This document shows positions 6,181 through 14,351 of a stretch of 62,485 nt of DNA, piece after piece. The stretch is from positions 1 to 62,485 of the forward strand of contig WFQU01000032.1 in the NCBI GenBank assembly GCA_015486845.1, read 5' to 3'. This DNA is from Anaerolineae bacterium. GTDB lineage: Bacteria; Chloroflexota; Anaerolineae; JAADDB01. A program made the translations under genes and the position numbers. The first letter of the stretch is position 1. Every line of letters begins with the position of its first letter. Under the pieces are notes generated by a model that was given only the letters and a program-made list of their open reading frames with translations, was not told the DNA's origin and ran no database searches.

Positions 6181-9105
6181 ATGATTAAATTTTGGAGCAG
6201 GGGGGGGACAATGTTCTCATCATCGCGGCGTTATTTGGCTCTTGTCATCACTATCTTGGTTGTGGCAATCACTTTATCGCTGTTCCATACCCAAACGACG
6301 GCCGCCAGTGCGGGTGGCTACTGGTACACAGTACAGCCAGGTGATTCCTGGTGGAAGCTATCACAAAATGCTGGCATTCCCATGGTCGCGCTGCAAGCGG
6401 CCAATCCGAAAATTTCGCATTATCGGGATTGGCTCATTATCGGCGAAGCGATCTGGATACCTAAAATGGACCATAATTATTATTACGTCGTTCGCCCAGG
6501 CGATAGCTGGCTTTCCGTCTCACTCCTTACCGGCGTTTCAGGCGCTAAACTGAGAGCTGCCAACCCGAAACAGGCCCGAGACGCCCATGGCTGGCTCTAT
6601 GTTGGGGATCGGCTCACGGTTCCGGTGGCGGGTGGCATGCCCCAAGCGGGAGGAACGGCTTCTCCTACTGCACCTGCTGCTTCACCGACAGCGCCGGCCA
6701 CAGCCACGATGACGCCGACTGCAATGTTACCGGTTACTGCCACAGCAACGATCACAGCTACGGTGACGATGACGCCGACCCTGGCGCCAACTGCTACAGT
6801 CACGCCGACGGCGGAGGCGGTGGGCGGTTGTCCTACCTCTTTTGCTGCTTACCCCGACGCCATCGAACGCTACGTCAATAATGGCCATACGCCGACAGCA
6901 TTACGCAATTGGCTCAATACGTGTAATCCGCAAGAGAGATTGCCGCAAGTGGTCGTTGCCGATTTCAACGGGGATGGGAAAGCGGATTTAGGTGTCGTTT
7001 TTACTGATCCTACAAATCCTAATAGGAATGGCCTGGCGCTTTTAGCCCGACAAGAGACGCAATATAAACTGGTCGATGTGCCGGATAGCAGTGGCGTGAT
7101 TCACATCTTAGCCGTTCGGGATATCAATGCCGACGGCCAAAAAGATGTGGCCTGGAGCGACACATTTTGCAGCCTGGCAAACTGTTATCTGAGCGTGCAT
7201 GTCTTATCCTGGAACCAGGGTCAGTTTCAGGATTGGATCAATGGCAGTGCGACCATGCCTACGGCGACAGTGGCCTTGAAAGATTTAGATGGAGACGGCC
7301 GGGAAGAAATTTACCTCCACGGCGGACAAATCAATTCTGTTGCCGCCGGGCCGCAGCGCACCCGCACCGAAACCTGGGTTTCGGTTAATGGCGCACCGTA
7401 CCAGCTTATGGCGCTAACCTATGACCCCTCTGCCTGTATGTATCATTGGGTACTGGACGCTAATCAGCTCTTGCTGAACGGGCCCAACGACCACGCGTTG
7501 GTGCCGGCGATACCATATTATCGCTATATCCTGAGCACGCCTTCATTGCAAGCGTGCTGGACACGTTCCCATGAATTGGATGAGCTGCGCAGTTTCTCCC
7601 GCTTCCGTTTGGCGTTAGCCGAAGCCTATAATCATGATTCTGCCGCGGTCAAACAGGTCGTTAACGAAGCCCAGCAAGCCCAGCCGGACGCGCTGTACAC
7701 GCAAGTGTTGACAACTTGGTGGCAGCATTACGAGCCGACACATTCTATCACGGAAAGTTGCGCTGCTGTCAATCAGTTTGTCACCCAACACCCGGGGACA
7801 TGGCAAATGCTGGCTAATTACGGTTACACGAATCCGACTTTTGGCCCGGGGGACGTCTGCCCTGTCCTTTCTACCGTTTACGGCAGCGTCCAAGCCACGT
7901 GCCCCACATCGTTTGCCGATCAGGCGGATAAATTGTTGCGGTTCATCAACGCACATCCCAGCGATATACAACAATTAGGACAATACGTGCGCACTTGCCG
8001 GTTGACGACGCCGACTTTAGGCGGTATCGGAGCGGCCGACTTGGCCGGCGACGGCAAGCAGGCGTTGATCGTAGCGCCGATAAACTATCCCGTGAGCAAC
8101 GATGCCCAGGGGCCGGGGCACACGCAGGGGCGCATGCTCATCTTTACGCCAACGGCCAACAATTCCTATACTATCACTATGAACATTCCCTCTGAAGGCG
8201 CACCGTTGCTATTGGCCGCAGAAGACTTAAATCAAGACGGTCATATGGACGTAGCCTGGGCAGACCAGGTGTGTAGCAACGCTAATTGCGTCGCCCATTT
8301 GCATATTATCAGTTACAAAGATGGGCATTACGTAGAATGGTTGGCCCATCCGGCCCAGATGCCCAATGCCGAGATCACTTTCGAGGATCGCACCCCAGTG
8401 GGCAGCGGCCAAGAAATGGTCTTATACGGCGGCTATGCTCATTTTCAAGGTCAACTGCCGGTCCACTGGCGAGAAATCTGGGCTTCGACGCAAGGCGCTC
8501 CCTACCACTTAGCATCGATAGCCTATGATAATGTGGGGGGCTCGACTTGTCTCCGGTTCAAGTTACGGGAAGCTAATGTTGCCCTGGCAAATGGCCTGCA
8601 AATTGGCTGGAAGGATGCCGCCGCGCTGTACCAAGAAGCAATTCAAGATGATCATTTGCATCCCTGTGCATTGGATGGAACGCCCAGCGGTGTGGAAATG
8701 GCTACGCTACATGGTTTTGCTCGTTTCCGCCTGGCGCAAACTTATGCTTACAGCGGTAATGTTACAGCAGCCCAAAGCGCTGTGGATGCTTTAATAAGCG
8801 AGAATCCGCCTAACGTTTATGGCGGCTTGGCCCAGGCTTGGTGGAAGAAATACGCCCCCGGCCACGATATGGCGCTGGCTTGTCAGGCAGCCGCCGACTA
8901 CGCTGCAGCACATCCGGATACCTACCAGATTTTCACGGCTTTTGCGAACTTAGTGCCGGTACTGACGCCACAGGATATTTGTCCGGTCTACCAGAAAATA
9001 GCCGTTACCGCCGTCGGGACGCCGGCAACAACTAGGCCGGTCACCGGCACGGGCACCATTACGACGACGACGCCGGTCACCGCAACTGAAGTCATCACGC
9101 CGTAG
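6181..9105 (+). CDS. secreted protein with 2 LysM domains, a PT-rich linker and two duplicated FG-GAP/VCBS-like modules
   Basis: Signal/TM segment LALVITILVVAITL. LysM motifs YTVQPGDSWWKLS and YVVRPGDSWLSVS. FG-GAP-like DFNGDGKADL, DINADGQKDV, DLDGDGREEI. Alternative start ATG 6211. Confidence 0.8.
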   Translation: MIKFWSRGGTMFSSSRRYLALVITILVVAITLSLFHTQTTAASAGGYWYTVQPGDSWWKLSQNAGIPMVALQAANPKISHYRDWLIIGEAIWIPKMDHNYYYVVRPGDSWLSVSLLTGVSGAKLRAANPKQARDAHGWLYVGDRLTVPVAGGMPQAGGTASPTAPAASPTAPATATMTPTAMLPVTATATITATVTMTPTLAPTATVTPTAEAVGGCPTSFAAYPDAIERYVNNGHTPTALRNWLNTCNPQERLPQVVVADFNGDGKADLGVVFTDPTNPNRNGLALLARQETQYKLVDVPDSSGVIHILAVRDINADGQKDVAWSDTFCSLANCYLSVHVLSWNQGQFQDWINGSATMPTATVALKDLDGDGREEIYLHGGQINSVAAGPQRTRTETWVSVNGAPYQLMALTYDPSACMYHWVLDANQLLLNGPNDHALVPAIPYYRYILSTPSLQACWTRSHELDELRSFSRFRLALAEAYNHDSAAVKQVVNEAQQAQPDALYTQVLTTWWQHYEPTHSITESCAAVNQFVTQHPGTWQMLANYGYTNPTFGPGDVCPVLSTVYGSVQATCPTSFADQADKLLRFINAHPSDIQQLGQYVRTCRLTTPTLGGIGAADLAGDGKQALIVAPINYPVSNDAQGPGHTQGRMLIFTPTANNSYTITMNIPSEGAPLLLAAEDLNQDGHMDVAWADQVCSNANCVAHLHIISYKDGHYVEWLAHPAQMPNAEITFEDRTPVGSGQEMVLYGGYAHFQGQLPVHWREIWASTQGAPYHLASIAYDNVGGSTCLRFKLREANVALANGLQIGWKDAAALYQEAIQDDHLHPCALDGTPSGVEMATLHGFARFRLAQTYAYSGNVTAAQSAVDALISENPPNVYGGLAQAWWKKYAPGHDMALACQAAADYAAAHPDTYQIFTAFANLVPVLTPQDICPVYQKIAVTAVGTPATTRPVTGTGTITTTTPVTATEVITP

Positions 9106-9121
9106 ATCGGCTAACCAGATC

Positions 9122-9889
9122 ATGGAGATATTACGGGCTGGTGTGGCAACGTTAGGCTTATCGCTAACGGAACAACAGGTGGAACAGTTTCAGCGTTATT
9201 ACGAACTGCTAATTGACTGGAATCAGCGTTTTAATTTGACTCGCATCGTGGCACCTGAGGCTGTGCAAATACGACACTTTTTGGATAGCATCGCCGTCCT
9301 GCCTCTGCTGGCCGATTTATGGTCAGCGGCGCAAGAAACAAAGCCGGTCAGTAGGAAAATCGATGATCTCTTGCAAGCGTCATTACATGCCATGGATGTG
9401 GGCAGCGGTGCAGGCTTTCCGGGTATTCCCTTAGCGATCCTTTGGCCAAAACTGAAACTTACGCTCTTAGATGGCACCGCCAAGAAGATCCACTTTTTGC
9501 AGGAAGTTGTCGCCCAGCTATCGCTTCCCTATGTGCAGGTTGTGCAAGGTCGGGCTGAAGAAATAGGTCGGGTGAGCGCGCACCGCGGCCAGTACGATTT
9601 GGTCATGGCGCGGGCCTTGGCGCCGCTGCCGACATTGGTTGAATATCTATTGCCGCTTTGCCGGCAAGATGGACTCGTTCTGGCGTACAAAGGGCCGGCC
9701 GTGCGCCAAGAACTGGCTCCGGCGCTGTCTGCCATTGCTCTTTTAGGTGGGGAAGTCCTGCGATTAGTTCCCCTCACTGTTCCTGGTTTCGATGGAGAAC
9801 GGTTCATCTTAGCGCTGAGGAAAATTAGCCGTACGCCGCCGCAATACCCGCGCGGGGGCGGCAAGCCGCGCAAACAGCCCTTATTATAG
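9122..9889 (+). CDS. rsmG: 16S rRNA (guanine527-N7)-methyltransferase
   Basis: GidB-like layout, SAM motif DVGSGAGFPGIPLAI, 255 aa. Confidence 0.85.
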   Translation: MEILRAGVATLGLSLTEQQVEQFQRYYELLIDWNQRFNLTRIVAPEAVQIRHFLDSIAVLPLLADLWSAAQETKPVSRKIDDLLQASLHAMDVGSGAGFPGIPLAILWPKLKLTLLDGTAKKIHFLQEVVAQLSLPYVQVVQGRAEEIGRVSAHRGQYDLVMARALAPLPTLVEYLLPLCRQDGLVLAYKGPAVRQELAPALSAIALLGGEVLRLVPLTVPGFDGERFILALRKISRTPPQYPRGGGKPRKQPLL

Positions 9890-10516
9890 TTTTGGCCGGC
9901 TTTTCTCATTCTGCGGCACCATTTCAGAGATCAAGTCGAAGAAAAAAGTGTGGCTCAGTACGGCCAACGCAGCCGGCAAAATGAGAAGAATTAACACAAC
10001 GAGCAAAGAACAGACAATGGTCAACGAGAGCGCGAAGAGGACAAGGGAAAGCGTTGCCAATGGGCGCGCCAAAGGCATGAGCATGGCGCTGCGAAAAACG
10101 AGCCACGGCGTCGGCCGGGTCAGGCCAACCAGGAACGGGAAGAGGTAGAGATTGCCGATGCTCCACCAAGCCAAAACGAGCAGCCAAACTAAGGCGATGA
10201 CGTGCAGTGCCGGGGCCGGACTCTGCCGGTAAAAGATGATATTCACGCCGAGAATGACGAATGCGATGATGTCGATCAGCGCTATCACCCAGCTACGCCA
10301 GAAATAGTGCTTGCCGGCATCCCAGAAATCGCTGAACTGCACGCGACGGCCATGTACTCGTTCGTAAGCTAAATGGTTCAGCGCGGCAGTGACCGGCGCG
10401 GCCGGTAGCACTAAGAGCACGCCGGCCCACCAAGCCAGTGAGATGGCGACGAAAAGGAAAAGATCCTCGTATAGCAAGCGCATCGCTTTCCAAAAAGCGT
10501 GCAAACTGGTTTGCAT
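9884..10516 (-). CDS. DUF624/YesL-like integral membrane protein
   Basis: 210 aa with about 5-6 hydrophobic segments. N-terminal pattern resembles the YesL family. Family call is tentative. Confidence 0.5.
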   Translation of the reverse strand: MQTSLHAFWKAMRLLYEDLFLFVAISLAWWAGVLLVLPAAPVTAALNHLAYERVHGRRVQFSDFWDAGKHYFWRSWVIALIDIIAFVILGVNIIFYRQSPAPALHVIALVWLLVLAWWSIGNLYLFPFLVGLTRPTPWLVFRSAMLMPLARPLATLSLVLFALSLTIVCSLLVVLILLILPAALAVLSHTFFFDLISEMVPQNEKSRPKL

Positions 10517-10992
10517 CTGTTATGTGAATCTCCTCTGAAAATAGAACGCTGATTAACGCTGATACACGCTGATCTTAATTTTCATCCGCTGCGGTGTGCC
10601 GTAGGCTCATGATAACTCCCTCGAAAATAGAACGCTAATTAACGCTGATCTCGAAATACATTATGCCAACAATACGAAAATAGTTCCCTCAAAATCAGTT
10701 GACGCAGCGGCGCAAGGGCGCAGGGTGTCTAAAAAAATCAGGCCCTCTATTCGACGGCGTTCTCCGCCCGAGCGCACGGGGGCAAATCCCCGTGCTACGA
10801 AAATGATAAGCCCCTTAGAAAGGGGCTGGTGTTGAGCGACCTCTTGGCAGCGGATGCTATGCTACCTTGACGCACTCCGCCGCCGCGCCAGCATTGAGCC
10901 TTTAGCCGGTGGTAGCCCCACCAACCCGCCTAAAGGCTTGACGCCAGCCGCGTCGTTTTCATCTGCTATACTCCTCATCGTGCGCCTGCGGC
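10517..10992. repeat. mosaic repeat block R3: M1, F5, M1, F6, F7, F12, F2, F3, F4, truncated F5
   Basis: Fills the whole spacer between glyA and the membrane protein gene. Spans more than one period of the roughly 380 bp module order. Confidence 0.9.
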
Positions 10993-12285
10993 TCAACAAT
11001 CGCCAGGCACAGGGAAACCGGTGGTCAAAGCGTGCACTTGTTCTCGTAGATTGTCTAAAAAGGATGGTTCCTCGGTATGGCGTAACGCTTCGCCAATCCA
11101 GTGGCCGATGGTTGCCATTTCTGCCGGCCCCATCCCCCTGGTGGTGACCGCCGGCGTGCCCAAACGAATACCGGAAGAGACTAACGGCGGCTGTGGATCG
11201 TACGGAATCATGTTTTTATTAGTGTGAATGCCGACATAATCCAAGGTCTTCTCGGCCACTTTGCCGGTCACGCCGAGAGGTGTCAAATCTACCAACATGA
11301 GGTGGTTGTCCGTTCCGCCGGAGACTAAGCGCATGCCTTCCGCGGCAACCGCCGTAGCCAAAGCTTTGGCATTATCTAAAATGCGTTGCTGGTAGGCATT
11401 GAAGCCAGGCTGCATCGCCTCGTGGAACGAGACAGCTTTAGCGGCAATGACATGCTCTAACGGGCCGCCCTGGGTGCCGGGGAAGACCGCTCTATCGATC
11501 TTCTTGGCCAGTTCCGCTTTGCATAGGATCAGGCCGCCGCGCGGACCCCGCAATGTTTTGTGCGTCGTGCTGGTCACCACATCGCAGTAAGGTACCGGAT
11601 CCGGGTGCAATTTAGCCGCGATGAGCCCGGCTACATGCGCCATATCCATGACCAAATAGGCACCTACTTCGTCGGCAATCTCTCGCAGCCGGGGATAATC
11701 GAACCAGCGCGGGTAAGCCGACGCACCAACGACGATCACTTTAGGTTTATGTTCCCGGGCCAAGTTGGCCATGCCATCGTAGTCTAATCGCTCCGTATCT
11801 TTGTGTACGCCGTAATGATAGAAATGATAAAGTTGGCCGGAAGCGTTCAGGCGAAAACCGTGCGTCAAGTGACCGCCCTGATCCAGCTTCATAGCCAAAG
11901 CGATGTCGCCGGGCGCCATCAATGCCAAATAAGTGGCCAGATTCGCCTGGGCCCCACTATGTGGCTGTACATTTGCGTGCTCGGCGCCGAATAGCTTTTT
12001 CGCTCGCTCGATGGCCAGCCGTTCGCTGACATCAACCCACTGGCAACCGCCATAATAGCGCCGGCCGGGATAACCTTCGGCGTATTTGTTCGTTAGAACT
12101 GATCCCATAGCGGCCAAAACGGCCGCACTGACGTAGTTTTCCGAGGCAATTAACTCAATCCCTTCCCATTGTCGCCGCCGCTCGCCTTCTATAGCGTCGT
12201 AAAGCTCAGGATCTATTTGATGCAGCGCCCGGCGAGGATCGTCAGTTTCTTCCCACGGTACCCATTTTCCGACTTGTTTTTTCAT
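10993..12285 (-). CDS. glyA: serine hydroxymethyltransferase
   Basis: 430 aa. PLP-lysine motif [14 protein letters not shown] and typical SHMT N-terminus. Confidence 0.95.
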   Translation of the reverse strand: MKKQVGKWVPWEETDDPRRALHQIDPELYDAIEGERRRQWEGIELIASENYVSAAVLAAMGSVLTNKYAEGYPGRRYYGGCQWVDVSERLAIERAKKLFGAEHANVQPHSGAQANLATYLALMAPGDIALAMKLDQGGHLTHGFRLNASGQLYHFYHYGVHKDTERLDYDGMANLAREHKPKVIVVGASAYPRWFDYPRLREIADEVGAYLVMDMAHVAGLIAAKLHPDPVPYCDVVTSTTHKTLRGPRGGLILCKAELAKKIDRAVFPGTQGGPLEHVIAAKAVSFHEAMQPGFNAYQQRILDNAKALATAVAAEGMRLVSGGTDNHLMLVDLTPLGVTGKVAEKTLDYVGIHTNKNMIPYDPQPPLVSSGIRLGTPAVTTRGMGPAEMATIGHWIGEALRHTEEPSFLDNLREQVHALTTGFPVPGDC

Positions 12286-12356
12286 GGTTTAAGCTCCTTT
12301 TTGTTGTCATGGACATATCTAAAAAAGGAAAGTGATTCTACGAATTGATGCACACA

Positions 12357-12386
12357 ATCATACCACCGGCCGCAAATGTGTGTCAA
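12357..12386 (-). promoter_or_regulatory. candidate glyA promoter TTGACA-18-TATGAT
   Basis: Minus-strand TTGACA (12386-12381) and TATGAT (12362-12357), about 65 nt upstream of the ATG. Confidence 0.5.
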
Positions 12387-12506
12387 TCAATGGTTGAAGC
12401 ATTCAGCTACTTTGGAGCAGCCGACATGGCTTTGCGACCTGACCTGTGTGTTGCACGTAGACAGGCGCTCCACCATTGAAAATGGCTCACGGCGCAATAC
12501 AGAAAA

Positions 12507-12551
12507 CACTGATCTAAATTTTCATGCGCTGTGATGTGTCGCAGACCTATG
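12507..12551. repeat. solo F5-like module
   Basis: ctgatctaaattttcatgcgctgtgatgtgtcgcagacc aligns with the F5 consensus. Confidence 0.6.
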
Positions 12552-12613
12552 CCGACTTCTGCACTCCCGCGTCGAATCTTTGTCCGGTGCCCTGGCAGTT
12601 TACTGGTAATGTA

Positions 12614-13357
12614 TTATCCCAAGTCGCCCCAAGCTTGCTGGACCAGAGTTAGCAAGGCGATGGCGGCTGTTTCGGAACGCAAAATACGTTGGCCCAGTGC
12701 AATGGCAAAGCAACCTTGTTCCTCGGCCCAAGCGCTCTCCGCCGGACTGAAATCCCCCTCCGGGCCGATGAAGAGGTGTAGATGCTGGACATGTGGGAAA
12801 GTCTCGGATAAGGATGCCCAGGACCAGCGCACCGGCGTGGCCAACGTAGCGAAGAGGCAGAGGTTTATTGCGTCCGCCGGCAACGGCCAAACCGCCTTGA
12901 ATGTCACGGGCGCTATGATCTCCGGCAGCCGTACTCGGCCACACTGTTCCGTGGCTTCCTGGATGATGCGTTGCCAGCGGGATAGTTTGGTCTGCCAGGG
13001 GCGCTGTACCCGCACCACAGTGCGCTCCGTCACCAAAGGCACGAAACGGGTCACGCCCAACTCGGTGCCTTTTTGCCACACCAATTCGTGATGTTCCCGT
13101 TTTAGCAAAGCCTGGTAGAGCGTGATTTGCAATGGCGATTCGGTCGATGGCGTCGAAAGCGCGCCTAGGGTAGCACGTGCCGATTTTCCGTTCACTGCGG
13201 TCAAACGCGCCGTCCAGGCCCGGCCGCTGCCATCGAAAACGCACACAGTCTGGCCGCTATTGAGGTGCAACACGTGGGCGATCTGGCGGCTGATCTCCGG
13301 CGAAAAAATGATCTCATGCCCGTGTATTTGGCCCGGCGGCACATAAAAACGGTGCAT
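12614..13357 (-). CDS. rsmE: 16S rRNA (uracil1498-N3)-methyltransferase
   Basis: Canonical N-terminus MHRFYV. ATG 13357 overlaps the prmA stop as TGATG. The ORF track extends to 13387. Confidence 0.85.
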   Translation of the reverse strand: MHRFYVPPGQIHGHEIIFSPEISRQIAHVLHLNSGQTVCVFDGSGRAWTARLTAVNGKSARATLGALSTPSTESPLQITLYQALLKREHHELVWQKGTELGVTRFVPLVTERTVVRVQRPWQTKLSRWQRIIQEATEQCGRVRLPEIIAPVTFKAVWPLPADAINLCLFATLATPVRWSWASLSETFPHVQHLHLFIGPEGDFSPAESAWAEEQGCFAIALGQRILRSETAAIALLTLVQQAWGDLG

Positions 13358-14277
13358 CAGCGCGGCCTGGCCAATAGGCCGATCCAATCCTCTTCCCGCA
13401 ACGATTGGACGACCTGCAAATGATCCTGTTCTAACGCCGCCGAAATTTCTTCGTAGCGCGGTTCAATGATACCGGACAGTAATAAACGCCCCTGAGCGCT
13501 GACATATTGGTGCAAACCGTGGTCGAACAGGTCGAGAATGATGTGCGGCAAGATATTGACCATGACTAAATCGAAAGGCGTTACCGGCCGGGGTAGCGAG
13601 CCATGTTGCACGATGATTCGCCCGGCGACCGCATTCTTGCGGGCGTTGTCGGCAGCAACGCTCACGGCCACTTCGTCGACGTCCGTCGCCAAGACGTTTG
13701 CCGCACCCAATTTCAGCGCCGCGATGCTGAGGATGCCGGAGCCGGTGCCCACATCCAAGACCGAGTCCCCCGGCCGGATTGCGTCTTCCAGCAGGCGCAA
13801 CGCCAGCCGGGTGGTGGGATGCAAACCGGTGCCGAAGGCCATACCCGGGTCTAGTTCGATACAGATCTCGTGCGGGGCAACTTCGGTATCCGCCCGCAGC
13901 CAGGAAGGCACGATGAGCAGCCGGCGACCAATTCTCAGCGGCCGGTAAGATTCCTTCCATTTGTTAGCCCAATCTTCCTCGGCCACGATGCGCACTATTG
14001 GTTCCGGCACGGGCATAATGGCGCTCAAATGGCCTAAGCCCGTTTCGATGCGCTGCCGAGTGGTTTCACCCTCAGCACTCTGGGGCAGATAAGTGCTGAC
14101 CGTCGCGTATAAATGATCCTCGTTACCCACCGGATCATAGCCGTGAATCTGCGTCACGGCGCCACCCCGGCCGGCTGCTTGCGGCGCATAGCGGTTGAAA
14201 AGCTCGTTGACCGCTTCGGCCAGTTCCAGCGAAACATCCACGCTGATTTCAATCCAGTTGTTGATTCGTTCCTGCAA
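13357..14277 (-). CDS. prmA: ribosomal protein L11 methyltransferase
   Basis: WIEISV N-terminal motif and SAM motif VLDVGTGSGILSIAA. Preferred start is TTG 14277, 6 nt after a GGAG. The longer ORF (to 14415) runs through an F1-like repeat relic. Confidence 0.8.
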   Translation of the reverse strand: MQERINNWIEISVDVSLELAEAVNELFNRYAPQAAGRGGAVTQIHGYDPVGNEDHLYATVSTYLPQSAEGETTRQRIETGLGHLSAIMPVPEPIVRIVAEEDWANKWKESYRPLRIGRRLLIVPSWLRADTEVAPHEICIELDPGMAFGTGLHPTTRLALRLLEDAIRPGDSVLDVGTGSGILSIAALKLGAANVLATDVDEVAVSVAADNARKNAVAGRIIVQHGSLPRPVTPFDLVMVNILPHIILDLFDHGLHQYVSAQGRLLLSGIIEPRYEEISAALEQDHLQVVQSLREEDWIGLLARPR

Positions 14278-14313
14278 AATAATCTCCGCCGGGTATAACT
14301 TATCTCTCTTTAT

Positions 14314-14345
14314 GCAGTTCAAGCTTCTCGCAGAAGTTGGACTGC
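14314..14345. repeat. degenerate F1-like palindrome between the C25 gene and prmA
   Basis: gcagttcaagcttc-tcgca-gaagttggactgc. The same tcgca centre occurs at 21004 and 62300. Confidence 0.55.
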
Positions 14346-14351
14346 TAAACA

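Noticed and set aside
10517-10992. Possible CRISPR array, given the many short repeats
   Set aside because: There is no regular repeat-spacer periodicity. Each module is different and occurs once per block, copies are dispersed over 60 kb, and there are no cas genes.
12600-13960. Long antisense or alternative-frame ORFs inside rsmE and prmA (12531-13091, 12600-13244, 13463-13960, 13538-13948), with similar ones in 46386-47530
   Set aside because: These are shadow ORFs typical of GC-rich coding DNA. They have Arg/Gly/Pro/Ala-rich products and overlap confidently identified genes in another frame.
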